From an uncultured Christensenella sp. (lineage in GTDB: Bacteria > Bacillota > Clostridia > Christensenellales > UBA1242): DNA of 64,000 nucleotides. Below, piece after piece: positions 43,197 through 57,600 of this stretch. The position numbers and the translations under genes are program-made. How positions within the stretch are numbered: the first letter of the stretch is position 1; the number at the start of each line of letters is the position of its first letter. The notes below the pieces were generated by a model. The model saw only the letters and a program-made list of their open reading frames with translations. It made no database searches and had not been told where the DNA came from. The DNA lies in NCBI GenBank assembly GCA_910584295.1, contig CAJTYR010000005.1, forward strand, positions 24,904 to 88,903. Direction: 5' to 3'.

Positions 43197-43904
43197 TTAC
43201 AAATGATTTTTCTTATAATCATTCACTAATATATTTTCCGCAACTTTGCTCACCTTTGCCTGCCTATAAAGACCTTCCAAGCTTTTATTCCAAAATGGAA
43301 AGACTAAGAATGTCAATGAGAACAAAATTGTGCCTAAAAATACTGTCACATGAAATTGTAGAGAAAGTGAAAAGATTTCTTTTAAAAGTAAACTTATCAA
43401 AAAACAAATTATGGACAAAGTCGTAAAAAGAAACAGGCCGAAAATCCAAATTGAAAGTATCTTTAATTTTTCACCTTTCGTAAGCTCTCTGCTCAACAAT
43501 AAAACCCCTTTAAAGTCCAGATCTCTACACTCAGCCAAAATGTGTCCAACAAATGAAAGTGAGAAAAATGAAAATAACGATGTCAGCAATTTAACACAAT
43601 AAATGCATAAACACCTTCCATATCTCCTCGCAGAATAGAAAATTTTCTTAATGCCAAAAGTTTTTCTCTCTTCCCTTGCAAGAAGGCAAGCTTTTTCAAT
43701 TGTAAAAATATATGGCAAGAGGAAAATCGGCATAAAAAACCCGAATGGCACAATACATCCCAACATCACAACAAAAATAATTAAAGAAAAAATAAGGCAA
43801 TCTTCATACCAATACCAGTTTCTTTTAAAACAATTGGTGAAAGTTTCTCTTATCACTTTTGCATCAAACAAAAACATGAAAAAATTATTGCTTTCTTCAA
43901 CCAT
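43197..43904 (-). CDS. Polytopic membrane protein, function unknown
   Basis: Several hydrophobic helices (e.g. LIFSLIIFVVMLGCIVPFGFFMPIFLLPYIF). The track start 43940 lies inside the terminator hairpin, so I use an internal Met. The exact start is uncertain. Confidence 0.5.
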   Translation of the reverse strand: MVEESNNFFMFLFDAKVIRETFTNCFKRNWYWYEDCLIFSLIIFVVMLGCIVPFGFFMPIFLLPYIFTIEKACLLAREERKTFGIKKIFYSARRYGRCLCIYCVKLLTSLFSFFSLSFVGHILAECRDLDFKGVLLLSRELTKGEKLKILSIWIFGLFLFTTLSIICFLISLLLKEIFSLSLQFHVTVFLGTILFSLTFLVFPFWNKSLEGLYRQAKVSKVAENILVNDYKKNHL

Positions 43905-43920
43905 TTTATTCAATAAAAAG

Positions 43921-43948
43921 AAAAAACAGTGAATTACCACTGTTTTTT
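43921..43948. terminator. Bidirectional Rho-independent terminator
   Basis: AACAGTG-AATTAC-CACTGTT (43925..43944) flanked by AAAA and TTTT. Confidence 0.7.
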
Positions 43949-43960
43949 AATTTAAAGCTT

Positions 43961-44012
43961 TAGAAAATTGGCGAAAATAATCTGAAAATTGATTGTAAAA
44001 ATTTAGTCAACC
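43961..44012 (-). repeat. 52-bp duplicate of the cardiolipin synthase 3' end
   Basis: tagaaaattggcgaaaataatctgaaaattgattgtaaaaatttagtcaacc is identical to 44157..44208 (direct repeat, 196-bp period). Confidence 0.9.
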
Positions 44013-44155
44013 TCGTCGCAAATCTCACTTTTTCTCGCTTTTTGCATAAAGGCAAAAAGTCTCGCGTTTGCGTTTGTTTGCTCCTCTTCCCAAAATTGGC
44101 AAACACTTTTGGGAACCCTAACAAAGAGATGGTTGTTTTCATAACTTAATGTTTT

Positions 44156-45604
44156 CTAGAAAATTGGCGAAAATAATCTGAAAATTGATTGTAAAAATTT
44201 AGTCAACCATCTCTTCTTTTTGAAAAAGAGAACATCTGCATAAATTGAATTTTCAATATCTTTTGCGAAATAGCGTTTATATTCTTCAGTAATTTGCTCT
44301 GAATACATCAAAACCGTATCCTCAAAATTGAGATTAAAAGAACGATTATCAAAATTGCAAGTTCCAATTGAAAGTTTATTATCATCAACAATCAAAGCCT
44401 TGCTGTGAAGAAAGCCATTATAAATATAAACATCTGCACCAAACTGAACAATATCCTTAAGGTATGAAAGTGTCACCAAGTAGACTGTTATATGGTCTGC
44501 TTTTTTAGGCACCATAATTTTGACTTTAACTCCGCTCATAAGTGCAATTCTAAGAGCTTCCATAAGTCCGTCGTCAGGCACAAAATAAGGTGTTTGGATG
44601 ATAATCTCTTTTTTTGCACTCATAATCAATTTGAGATATGCCTCTTTGATTTTTTTTATTTGTTCGTTTGGACCTGAAGTCAAGACTTGCAAGCACACAT
44701 CTCCCTCTTTTTGGGGAGTTGGAAAGAGCCCCTGTGCAATGTACGTATTTGGTGATGTTTTTTCTTTTTTGATATATCTCCAATCATTGAGGAAAATGTT
44801 TTGCAAGGCACTCGCACCAACACCTGTCACTCTGATATGGGTGTCTCGCCAAGGTGAAAGTCTTTTCTTATGTCCCATGTGATCTTCACGGATGTTGATT
44901 CCTCCAGTATAGGCGATATGACCATCAATAACAACAATTTTTCTGTGGTTTCGATAGTTCATTTTAAGATTGATCATTCTTATTCCCAAGAAAGGGGGAA
45001 AGAACTCCCCTACTTTTCCGCCAGCTTTTTTAAGTTTTCGGAAAAATCTTCTCGGTGCTTTCAAGCATCCAATTGAATCAAATATGAGTTGAACACGAAC
45101 TCCCTCTTTCGCTTTTTTAATCAAAGCGTTCATAATACTCTTGCCGACTTTGTCATCCGCAAAAATATAGTATTCGATGTTGATTGAGCTTTGTGCATTT
45201 TCAATGTCTTGAAGAAGAGATTTTATTTTGTCTTCACCATTTGTAAATATCTTTACATCATTTGCAGGACAAAGGACACTTCCAAAGTTGTAACATAGAT
45301 TCATTATTTCTCTGTCTTCAGCCCTCAAAGTTTTGGAATTTTCTTCAGAGGAGAAATAATTTTTAAGTTCCTCATCATATTCATTTTCATACAATTCAAA
45401 CTTTGAAATCAATCTTCTCACTCTGATAAAAAGTCCACTTCCAAAAATAAGATAAATCACAAAACCAAGTCCCGGCAAGAGAGAAACGACCGTCAACCAG
45501 CTTATTACGCTGGTGAGTTTTCGTCTCTCAACAAAAATCATTGAAACCATAACTAAGGAGTTTAAGGTTATATAGGTGACAAACACCCAAAACCAAGCGT
45601 TCAT
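44156..45604 (-). CDS. cls: Cardiolipin synthase (two HKD motifs)
   Basis: Two N-terminal TM helices, HRKIVVIDG...GG.N (first HKD) and HSKALIVDD (second HKD). 482 aa. Confidence 0.9.
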   Translation of the reverse strand: MNAWFWVFVTYITLNSLVMVSMIFVERRKLTSVISWLTVVSLLPGLGFVIYLIFGSGLFIRVRRLISKFELYENEYDEELKNYFSSEENSKTLRAEDREIMNLCYNFGSVLCPANDVKIFTNGEDKIKSLLQDIENAQSSINIEYYIFADDKVGKSIMNALIKKAKEGVRVQLIFDSIGCLKAPRRFFRKLKKAGGKVGEFFPPFLGIRMINLKMNYRNHRKIVVIDGHIAYTGGINIREDHMGHKKRLSPWRDTHIRVTGVGASALQNIFLNDWRYIKKEKTSPNTYIAQGLFPTPQKEGDVCLQVLTSGPNEQIKKIKEAYLKLIMSAKKEIIIQTPYFVPDDGLMEALRIALMSGVKVKIMVPKKADHITVYLVTLSYLKDIVQFGADVYIYNGFLHSKALIVDDNKLSIGTCNFDNRSFNLNFEDTVLMYSEQITEEYKRYFAKDIENSIYADVLFFKKKRWLTKFLQSIFRLFSPIF

Positions 45605-45635
45605 AAGTTTTGTCCTTTTATCATTTTTTTCTTTG

Positions 45636-48600
45636 TTAGGTTAGATGTGTGAAAGTGATATTAACCAAATAATATTCTGAATGTTGTGTTGTCACTTGAT
45701 CTTCACCATTTCCCGTGCTTGTTGTGTATGTTGCTTGAACAATATAAGTTGCGTTGATGTTTCCACTTTCAAGTGCTGCAAGAGAAATGGTTGAAACAGG
45801 CACAGCTCTTCCATTTTCGTTCAATTGGAAGTAAGTTAATGTTGCATTGTCAGTTACGCCAAATCCATCTGCTTGCATCTTTTTAATCACAGTCGCATTT
45901 GCTTGGTTTAAGCTGTAATTTGTGTTTGGAGCTGTTGCAATTGTGACATTGGTTGAATCTTTATAAACATAATATGTGACATAATATCTTACAAAGTATT
46001 TTTGAGCACTATCACCCAAAGTATAAGTCACAAGATAGTTTTTGCCATCAATCCTGAATTCATTTTCATTTGCTGAAGCAGTCTCTTCTTCCAAAATGCC
46101 ATTTGCACCAATAAGTTTGACGTCAGTCACTTTTGCTTTTTTCTCTGCCAAATCTTTTTCAACTTGTTCTTTAAGTGCGTCTGCAAGTTTTGTTCCTGCC
46201 TCAACAAAGATTGTTGAATTGGTTGGAGAGCTTGAAGCAGTAAACTTATAATTCACGGTCAATCTGAAATACTCTCCTTCTGGATCTCTGACAATATAGT
46301 TTCCAACAGCTTCATGATGTGCAGCGTATGTAAAGTTTTCAGTTGAAATCTCAACAATTTCTGCGTCCTTGTTTGTGTGATCGGTTCCAGATTCAAACTT
46401 ACTATCGGTCACTTTATAGAATCTGTATCCCGTGCCAGTATATAGATTCGAAAGGTTGTATGGTGCGTTTTGATTAAGCACAACATTTTTCACTTCATGC
46501 TGTTTGCTCACCACATAGAATGTAAAACTATAAACTCTCGTCACACCTTCACTATCTTTTGCAACATAGCTTTCAGTATATATGCCTGTTGTCTCAGGAG
46601 CAACATAAACTGTTTTGTCACCAATCTTGTCTGTGACAAGCTTAATGTTTCCGTCAAGATCAAGACTATACCAATCGCCTGCTCCCAAACTATAAGTTGA
46701 AGGTGAATATTCATAATAAGTCTTTGTCTTATTTGCAAAGTCAGGTGTGTCCGCTTTGACATATTTGCCATCAACAAGCTCAAAGTAATCCTTTCCTGTC
46801 ACAACCACTGTGTCTTTTGTCTTGTCGTAAGTGCTTGCATCAAGCAAGATGACCTTGTCTGTTCTGTTGAGAACATTGTAAGCCATAACACTCAACTTGA
46901 CTATGGCCTTATTAATAGTTGAGCCAGACTTAGCATCTCTATAAGTAACCAACAATTTAAGTTCATGAGTTCCTTCTTTTTCAATCTTATATGAGTCAAG
47001 GTTGTTGTAATAAACAATGTTTGCCTCACTGTTGCCAATCTTATCTTCAACAATGTGATAAGTTACATTGTGCAAGTCTTTGCTCTCTTCTTCAAAAATC
47101 TCTTTGAAATTGAGAGTGTCTCCAACTTCACATGCAATTGTCTTTGATGATTTTGTTTCATTTGAGTCAAAGATATAATTTGTGATTTCATCATATTTGA
47201 AATTGCCTTCTACATAGTCAAACAATCGATAGCCTTGCTCAACTGAAATGACACCAGAATCAAGAACAGCGTTTTCACTGCCAGTATATATATTCCCATA
47301 TCTTCTGTCAGAAATTTCGTTCCAATCACTTCTGCTACTCAACATGATTCTGAATGTTCCCAATTTAAGCTTTTTAGAAGGAACATCAAAGTATCCATTT
47401 CTGCCAGAAACTTTCATATAAACATTAACTGTGATTGTGCTTTCTTGAAGATTGAAGTTTCTCTCGGTGATGATGTTGCCGTATTCATCAATGAATGCTC
47501 CACCGGCACCACCTTCAATCTCCTTGCTGACTTCAAAGACATATTTGTATGCTGGAGTTTTATCCCCACCTTTGAAATTGCTAACCGCTGTTCCGACATT
47601 TGCATAATTTTTAAGTTTAAGATTTTCTCCCCAAACTTCTCTTGGAATAATGTAATAGAAATCAGATGTTTCCCCTGCGGTTTTTGCAACCTTAAGATAG
47701 TTCTCAAGTTTAAACTCAATATTTCCGCTTGTGTCAATGCTATCAGATTCCAACTTTTCAAATTCTGGATATACTTGGAATGTTTTTCTCATCTGATAGA
47801 ACATGTTTTTGTTGCTGTATTGTTTATCAAATTCATAATAAGCTTTGGTCACATCGCTTAAGTCTGGATTGTTAACCTCAACATACTTTCCACCGCTATA
47901 TTCGTAATATTTCTTTCCTTCTTGTATACTTGTGTCTTTTGTTTTAAAATAGATTCCATAAGATTCAGATGTGGAAATTTTTTCGCCGCCTTGATACAAG
48001 AAATAAAGCGTTTCAGTCTTACCTGGGAACTCACTTGCATCATTGATGTGAAGGGTGATTCCTTCAAAATATTGAGAAATTGTCTTCGCGTTATAAATTG
48101 TTGACTTTTCAACTTCAAAGTAAGAGCTTAACTTGTCTGCTTCAGGTTTTTCAACTTTTTTATAGATTCCATCTGCAAAAGTGAAATACTCTTTTTCTTT
48201 AACAAGTTCGGTGTCAGCAGTCCTCTTATAAGCGAGTTCATAGAGATCCTTTCTTACATAATACTCTTTTCCAGATTCAAATTTATCTGCAAGAGCAAAG
48301 AAATCGCCTGTCTTTGTATAGTATGTCTTTCCAGAAGTTTCATCATACTTTTCTTGAGAATAGAGAGCTGCTGCTTCTACATAGTATGTCGTTGCACCAG
48401 AAGCTGGATTTGCAACAGGTACATAATATCCAGTCTCCGAAAGTTCATAGAAAGTCACACCTTCTGGCACATTATTCAAGCTTGCAACATTTGAATAAAG
48501 CGCTGATCCAAGCTTTGAAACATATGAATCGCCTGACTTAATATAATAGGTCTTGTTTGAAAGAACTGAAATATCTGATGTTTCAATATATTTTGAAACA

Positions 48601-51600
48601 GGATCTTTGCTTTCGTCAACTGCGATTTCTTCTCCATTGTAAACAAACTCAATCTTATCTTTTGTCGTTTGTTTAACAACCGTAACATAGAAATCGTTTA
48701 TATCTTTGTGTTCGCTATAGAAATTGTAATCCAAGTTTTGGATATTTGAAGAAATAGGAACATATTCCGTTCTTGCAAATGAAGAACTGTTTTGCAAAAC
48801 AATAAGACCTTCAGAAGGAACCTCTTTGAACTCCTTATCTGAAATTGCAAATGTGATTGACTCCCCAGCTTCAAGAATGACTTCAAGTGTGTCATTATAA
48901 ACCTTTCTGTTTTTCGAATCTTCGTTTGATATCACCTTAACTGGAGTATTGTCAACAACTTTGTCAGGGAAAGTAATTTCTTTTGTCAATCTTGAAATTG
49001 TGACATACTGACTTAATACACAAGTGTTAACATCTTCCTCCAAATTGTTGCTATCACCTTCCACCAATGTGATTTCCATTCTGACATTTGGAAGAGATTC
49101 GTTGATTCCAAAGTAGATTGAGTCAATCACAGGAACAATGAAGTCGAATGCATCTTGTTGATAGCCAATACCATCAATTGGAGTTGGGTCACCACTTACA
49201 GCCTTTCTTACACGCTCGTAAACTCTTGCTTCGCTATCTTTCAAATACAATTGATTGTCTTTTACTACAATTTCTGAATAATCAAGTTCTGTTTTATCTT
49301 CTTTAAAGTACTTTTTACCCAAGATAATACTGCTGTCGTTTGTTTGCTCATAAACATATTCGTAAGCTTTGCCATCAAAGAATTTGTAATCAGCACTTGT
49401 GACAAGCGGAATATTCCCTTCGGCAGTTGCAGTTCCTCTTTTTGCGGAGCCAAGAAGGGTTTCTCCGAGATAGAATTCTATTCCTTCAACTTTTATATCA
49501 TTAACTCTTGAAACATATCCACTTGTCTTATCCTTGCCCGTTGCAACATCAATGTTGAGTGCATTTATTGTGTCATCGCCTGTTGATTTAAATGCAAAAG
49601 CAGAAATTCCACGAAGAATAACTTTTGCTTTATCATCATTCATTTTATCGTCGACTTGGAGTGATGGCTCATCATATCCGCTTGAAGTTGAATATACTTG
49701 TTCAATTTTCTTATCTTTCCAAGTTGATCCATCTTTATCACCAGCTTGTTTGTAGGTTATGTTTCTGAATGTACCAAACTCACCATTATCAAACACAACA
49801 TAAACAGAAATTGGAGCATTTGCCAGATCATTTTGTGTCATTTTTTGCTTTTTCATTGGATTTGGGTTGGTTGTTGACGGAGGTGTGTCTTTATCAGGTA
49901 CATCAATTTCTGCTGAGACTCCCTTAACGCCATTCAGCCACCAATTTTTATATTCTTCTTCGTGGTTGTTTTCATCCCAAATATCAACTTCTTTTCCTGA
50001 AGTCTTAATCTCTTTGATAACTGTGCCGAAACCATTGTTTGCTTGTGCAGAAAGAATGACTTTTGTTATATTGTCTGGAAGATCTGAAATTCTATTTGCG
50101 TATGAATTGGTTGTTCCCGCTTTCAATTTATAATCCAAAGTGCCAAGAAGTTGTCTTCTTTCAGTTGAACCTTCTGATTCAGCCACCACAATTGTTGGTC
50201 TAACATTCATGAATTGAGAGCCAACAACAACAGCCTGACCTTCTGCCAAAACATTTCCTTCGCTTGAAATTTTTGCAATTTGTGGATTTTCCGTTGCTGT
50301 GAGAGTGAAATAGAATCTGATCTTGAAGCCAAAATCATTTTTTGCATCAATATAGAATTTTCTTGTTCCCAACTTAAGTTCTTTGATTAAAACTTTTTCC
50401 CATTGAGGCACACCAGAAGTTGGAGAATCCTTTACAATCTTAAGACCTGTACCAATATCAAAATTGTTATATTCTGTTTTTGGTCCATCTGGTTTATAGG
50501 TGTATGTGAAAGTGTTTGCATTATTCAAAGTTTTGTTGTTATACAAATATGCAGTTATTGCTGAATTTGAACTTCCTGCCGCACTTATATCCCAAAGAGA
50601 AAACTCATTTGCAAAATCTGCTTCTGAACCGTCATCATTTTCAATTGCAAAAGCAGACTCTTGATTGCTCGCATAAGATTGACCATTAATGACAATGTTT
50701 GCACTTGCTGTGGTCGCTGTGCTTCCTTTTCTGGTGAGGAAATTAACGCTTGAATTTGGAAGAACTTTGAAAAGTAAATTGTGAGCAACACTGATTGGTG
50801 TTGTATTCTTTCCAAATGAAACAGTGTATGTGATTCTCATCATGACATGGTTTCCGTCGTTGTTTGCACCACGAGCGTGAATTGAATAGTCAACAACTTT
50901 TCCATTGACAATAACAGCGGAGTGATCGAGATAGTTGAGGTCAATGCTTCCATAATCATCATTGAGATTTTCCAATGCTCTCACACGAGGATTTAATCCT
51001 GTGCCATAAACAACATCTTTCTCCAAATCTTTGCCTGCTGTTGATTTCAACTTATTATGAATTTCATAAGCCGCTTTTTGGAGATCATCTGCTCCAGATG
51101 CATTTGTGATATGCAAGTCGCTAAAACCATAAATCTTAAGGTCAACGCTTCCGCCTGAATTCAAAAGATTGTCTGTGCCTGCATTTCCAGAATTGCTGTA
51201 TTTATTTCCAGTTCTTGTGTTGTAGATTCCAAAATCAACTTCATCAAAGAGAGATGCATATACACCAGCATTAATTTCTCTCATTGAATAAGTTGTTCCG
51301 CTGTCTGCATTTTGAGAAACTCCAAATTCAATTTCAAGATAGAGGCTGTATTGTGAATTGGTGACAATAGTTTCATCTCCCACTTGAACACCAATTTGAT
51401 ATGTTCTTGTTTTATGATAATCTTCAGTCTTCAACTCAACTTCATCAGCTTTTTTAAAGCCATGCAAAGATTTTTTCACAAGTTCTTCAACACACTCTTT
51501 CCAAGTGCTGCCAGAGAGTTCGATTGCTTTATCAGTTCCACTTACCTTCTCAAGATTTCCAATTGCAAAATTCTTTGCAAAACATGAATACACATACCAT

Positions 51601-54600
51601 GTTTCACCATTTATACGAATCTCTGTATGCATAGTTCCTGTAGGAGCTGTTTCTCCATCACCAACGACAACAGCCCTACTATCTTTTGAAAGGAGAACAA
51701 CACCTGAATAAAGATTTTCACTGGAAGCACTTTCAATATTCTTTACTCCACTGAAATATCCAACATAAGCATCACCTTTGTTTACCTTTACAAATCTCTC
51801 AAGACTTCCATCAGGTTTTTTGAAAGTTGCGACCTCTCCGGTTTCATTCATCAAACTTGCTGAAACTGGAGCGAACATTTCTTTCGTTTCCAATGCCTCT
51901 ACAGGACTAAACGTTGGTCTATTATAATCGCCATCAACCTTCCAATTAAGTTCTGTTCCAAGTTTGACATAATTATTTGCGTCAAGCTTGATTTCCTTTC
52001 CATCATAATAACTTACAACAACTCTGCTTGTGAGATTTGGTGAAATATTGAAGATTTCACTTTCATCAGCAATTTTGTATGCATTATCATTTGCTTGAGC
52101 CCCTTCAAGAGTTCTGAAAGTTGCAGTATAATCAAAGTCTATGAAACTCTTTCCAAGATCAACATTTGAAGCCATTCCACGATTTGTAACAGTGATTGGA
52201 ATTATTTTGTTTTCTGCTGGATTGGTTCTGTTTGTCAATCTGACATAATAAGTCGCACCAGTAACAGCAGAATTTTTAAACACAAAATTGAGCAATCTGT
52301 TTTGAGTAAAGAGAGTTTGTTCGTCACTCAACGCCAAATCTTCTGCAAAAACAGATTCTCTGTTGAGATTGTAGTTTGGAGTGTTTGTTGTCACTTTGAC
52401 AATTGCATCATTGATGATAACAACGGTGTATTGTGTCAAAACTTCATTAACTTTCACATCGAAAGTCACACTTCCAGTTTCTCCGGTGTTCAAAAGAGTG
52501 AATGTCAAATCAACCTTTCCGTCTTCTGAGTCTTTCAAAACAACCTTATCAGAAGAGTCTCCTGTGATTGATTTTATTGTATCATCTGCTTGTGCAAAAC
52601 TGATTTCAACATTTGTCACACTTGAGACTGAAACTTGCCAACTCTTTTTGATGTTTGAAACAATTTCTCCTTCAACTGTTTTGGCAACATTCACAACTCC
52701 AATTCTTGGATTGCTTGAGAATGTTGCTGGTGAATTGAAGAAGTCTTCAAAGGTCTTCGATTTTCTTTGTCCTTCAGCGTCTGTTTTTAATGTAGCTGAA
52801 ATATATTCTGTTTTTGATGGGTTTTCCTCATCTCCGTCTGGAGTTGGATAATTTGCATTAACATCAACATTTCTGTCGGCTGTAAATCTGTATTTCACTT
52901 CAAATCTTGCGATTTCTTTAATTTTTCCATCTTTTCTAAATTGTGAAATAACATTTAAAGTTTTGATTATTCCTTGGCTTTCGCTTCCAACATTATCTGG
53001 AGAGATTGTCACTCTTGGAGTCTTATCTTCTTCAGTGGCAAGGTCTGCAACTTCATAGCCATCTCCAGAAACAAATCTATACATTGTGTTTGGAGTTGAG
53101 ATAAGTTCAACTGTGCTTGGCAATGTAGTTGAAGTGAAATCTTTTGGTGTGATGACAGAATTAACATCTCCCTCATCAATCTTTACATCAAATTCGACTT
53201 GCCCATATCTCTTGTTCATATCTTGAACTTGTCTTGGTGTTTTTTCACTGAATGATGCAGAAACATTAAATGATTCAGAGAATGTGAACACTGAAACATT
53301 TGCCAAATCGTCCTTTGGAGCAGATTCGATCATAATATCAAAATCAAGTTTGATGTCTGAAACAAGTGGAGCAATTTCCAACTTGATTGCATTATAGTTT
53401 AGAACCTCATCAACCAAAGAAATTTCTCCGGTCAAGGAAACAACATCAGAAATCTTCAGTGAAACACACTCATAGTAAGTAGTTTTCTCGTCAAATTTTG
53501 CTTCATCTTCAAACTCTACCTTTGTATACTTCCCATATGCAAGAATATAGTAATCCTCACCATCAATTGGAGTTTTGTCATCTGTAACAAAGTAATAAGT
53601 TCTGTATGGGTCAAAGCCATTCTTAAGTTTCATTGAAACTTTTGTAATTTGTCTGCTATCTCCCTTTGTTGTTGGACCAGAGAAAAGTTCACTGAAATCA
53701 TATTGTTTTCCGCTTGCAAGATCTCTCTTTTCAACATTCCATTCAAAATAGCTTTCCGCTTTCAGTGCAACTTTAATAATCACACCTTCGCTTGCATAGA
53801 AACCGAGTTCAAACTCACTGTTCTTTGAGATGTTTGCTTTTGCTTTCAAAGCAACTGTCTTATATGGCGTTCTATTCATTTCATAATATGTTACACCACT
53901 TTCAAATTTCGCACCAACTGTGTATCTTGGCAAATATTCTCCAGCAACTTCAACAAAATATGTTTTTCCAGAAACAAGATCTGTGTCCGCCGTCCTTTCG
54001 AATGTTTTCTCATAATAAGAAGTTATATTTTCAACAACAGGATTTTCAACCAATTTATAAACCCCGCCATCAAGACTGAAATATGCCTTTCCGTCAACAA
54101 TCGCTTCATCCGCAGTCTTCACATATTTTCTTTCAAAATAATCTCCGATTTCGGATGTAACTGCCAAAGGAACTTCAACATAGTCAGATCCTTCCAAAGT
54201 ATAATATTTTTTATTTCTCTTTGTAACTTCGTCAGAAGTGATTGAATATTCCTGTCTACCTTCTGCCAAGAAATCAAATTGAATATCTTCAAGGCGAATG
54301 CCATACTTAACATATCCAGCAACGCCAGTTATTGGAAGAGATTCAAACTCTCCCCAAACATATCCATCATCCCCCAATTCAAGCTCGTTAAATTCAGAAC
54401 CTTCATAAGTGATGAATGTCTTGGTTGCATCATCCACAACACGATTAACAACACTTGCATAAACCCAATCGGTTTTGTCCACAAGAATGACATCTTCGGA
54501 AAGCGTGATATCTTGCAACCCTTCAACTTTCAAAGTTGTTCCTTCTGCAAGCCAAACCTTCTTGAACATCAAAGCATCCAAGAGGTCTAGTTTGTTTCCC

Positions 54601-57600
54601 TTGATGTATGAACCAAAATTGATCATATCCCCAGTTACATTGCCGTCAATTGGCTGAATGATTGGAATGTATGTCTGCTCATTGCTTCCTGCAATAATTG
54701 TGTCGACATATAGCCTTTCATTGTTTCCATCTTGATCAACTTTATTTGAGTCTTTAACTTGATCACGATAGAGAGAAACTTCAAAATCTCTCGCTTGATT
54801 TATCTTGATTGTGTACCTCATTGAAGAACCAACAACTTCCAAATCGTCTACAGTCCAATATTTTTCAATGACAATTGTGTTGACTGATCCAACTGCAGAT
54901 GAATTTCTGTAGGCAATATTAAGCAACGATCCGTCAAACGAAACATTGACATTGGTTGAGGCTTCAACCAATCTGTATGCCCACTTAATTGCGCCACTTG
55001 GCTTTTCAATCCATTTGATTTCATCAAAACGATATCCAGAGTAACGTCCACTGTTTGATGAATTAAACTTTTCTTCCAAGTCAATTGAATAGGTCAATGT
55101 TTCAGCATTATATGCACTTGAAGTGGTGTCAAGGAATTCTCCATAGACAGCACCCTCCTCTTCTGAAAAATCGTTGTATGGATAGTTAACTTTTCCAATT
55201 TCAAAATTTGGCGCAACTTTGATGCGATAGAGCCAACTATAAGTTGATACATTGACACCAACAGTGCTTAATGTAAATTTCAAAACAATATAGCCTGAAA
55301 TTTCTTTTTCCATGCTGTTGATCTTAAGCATGCCATTTTCGTATGAAGCAAGATTTTCAACATATCCATCCACACCACTCGTAAGGATTTCCACTGTTGG
55401 AATTCTTGTTCCTGCTTGTGAAATATCATAATAGAAACCTGCTTCTGGAGCATTTTTCTCATAGTAAGAACCAATCTTTGCAACATCTGGGGTCTCAACT
55501 ACTACAAATTGAGTACCAGTTCCAACTGTCTTTTGTTCGTAATATGTTTTACCATCAACAAGTGCGGTATCTTTTGTTGGCGCAAATTCTTGACTTATGT
55601 CATGCAAAATCTTGTAAACTTGTCCAGCTTTCAGTGTTTCATAAATACCATTTTCCTCAAGGTCTGAAACATTTGCTGAAATCAATTTATCAAAATCAAT
55701 CGCAGTATAAACTTTTTCATAATATGTTGACAAATCTGCTGCAACAGGATTTTCAACAACGAGGAATTTTCCTTCAGTCTCAACATAGTAGGTTTTGTCT
55801 TCAACAATTGCCGTATCATTTGTTTTCTCAAATGATTCTTTTTGGAATGTGTTGAATGAATTGTTATTGTTTGTGTAATATACAAAGTTTTCTCCAAGAT
55901 TTGAAACAGTCACACCTAAATTGAGAGTAATCTCAAGTTTATTCTTTGCATAATCTTCAACTGTCTTGCCCACAATCACGGCATTTTCATGATCAATAAA
56001 GGCTGGGGTTCTGACATTGATACCAGTGCCACTTGCATTCTTGGTGATGTTTTTGCTTCCTTCAACAACACTCTTAACATTAAACAGATAATTCTTTTTG
56101 CCATCAGCACCGGCAACATAAGCAATCTCATAACTTGCACCAGCACGCATCAACAAACGAAGTTCACCTTGATATGTGATTACGCTTGCATCAGGGAAAA
56201 CCTCTTGAACAAGTTCTTTAACACTTGCCTTGTTATAGCAAACTGAGAAACTTATTTTGATGTGATTTTTGTCATTATACTTGACAATCTTTGTGCTGTT
56301 GTTTCCATCAATCTTAACTTTAACCGCATCCAAAAGGGAATCTTGAGATGCATAGATTGAGAATGATTGTTCGTAAGCTTTGAGAACATCCACAGATTTT
56401 CCTGTCACAAACAAGAAGTTTCCTGCTGATTCTGAAGCTCCACTTTGAATTGTAATAAATCCATCAGTATCAACATTTTGATAAACCAATGTCTTTGCAT
56501 CCAAAGTTACATTTCCAATAGAAACAGATTCTTTTATTCCGTTTTTGTAAGAAGTCGCTTTATAAACTGAATAATAATCATTGATTTTGCTCTCTTTAAT
56601 ATTATTCAAATCAAGCATTGGATTTTCTTCAAGATTTTCAACTTTTTCTTCAATCAAGATGTTTGGATTTACATAAAGATCAACATCTGTATAGAAAGCA
56701 TAATCTGATCTTACTCCATAATAAAGCCTGATTCTTATCGTTGTGTATTGTCTTACACTTGCAATTTTAAGTCTAACCTTTCCGTCAACAACAGTGTCAA
56801 GACTTGCAATTCCGCTGTTTTCATAGAACACGCCATTGATGTTTGAACTTAAGTCAATGCCCTTTCCAACAAAGGCATCAGCCCAAGAAAAGTCTTCACT
56901 CTTAAATTGAAGATATTCATCCAAATCATAGATTTCATCGGCAAACACAGCCTCTGCCGATCCACTGGTTGGTTTTGCCAAATAGTCAGAATAACTGTCG
57001 TAGTAATTTCCGAAACTTCTGCTGATTTCTATTGTTGAAGAAAGCACAAGATTCAAAGTTACACTATACAAATTGTTGTTGCTATTTATCTTGAATTTGA
57101 GCGTATTCTCAACTTTGAATGGAGCGTTGATCTTCAAGGTTGTTATTGCGATATTTTCGTAAGCAGTGATGTTGTCTTGCGCAGAAGAACTATCTTCTCC
57201 GTTGATTTGCAACATCTTCTTAAGAGAAGTTCCATTCACTCCGCCTTGGAAACCTTGAAGCCAAGTTCCGTCAAACATAACTGTATAATCAGAGTTTGGA
57301 GCGGTTGAATTTGTTGTGTATATTCTGAACAAATCGCTCAATGTGATTGTCGTGTTTGATTTAACATCTTTCTTGACAGTCACTTCAGTCACACCTTTTG
57401 AAGCAGAAACAAACCTATCATCCTCTTTATAATCAACATCAGTGCTGCTGTCATATTTAACATAATCCAAACCTTCTGTGTTGACAACAAACGAGAAGAG
57501 GTCAGATTGAAGTTCCACTCCTGAAAGAGTACCATCTTCATTGACAGCCATAACCCTTTCGTTTCCATTTTTTCTGTCAACAACACAAATCTTAAGTTGT

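Noticed and set aside
43960-44142. 60-aa ORF ending in LTKFLQSIFRLFSPIF
   Set aside because: Its C-terminus is simply the duplicated 52-bp copy of the cls 3' end, and the remainder has no RBS. I treat it as a by-product of the duplication.
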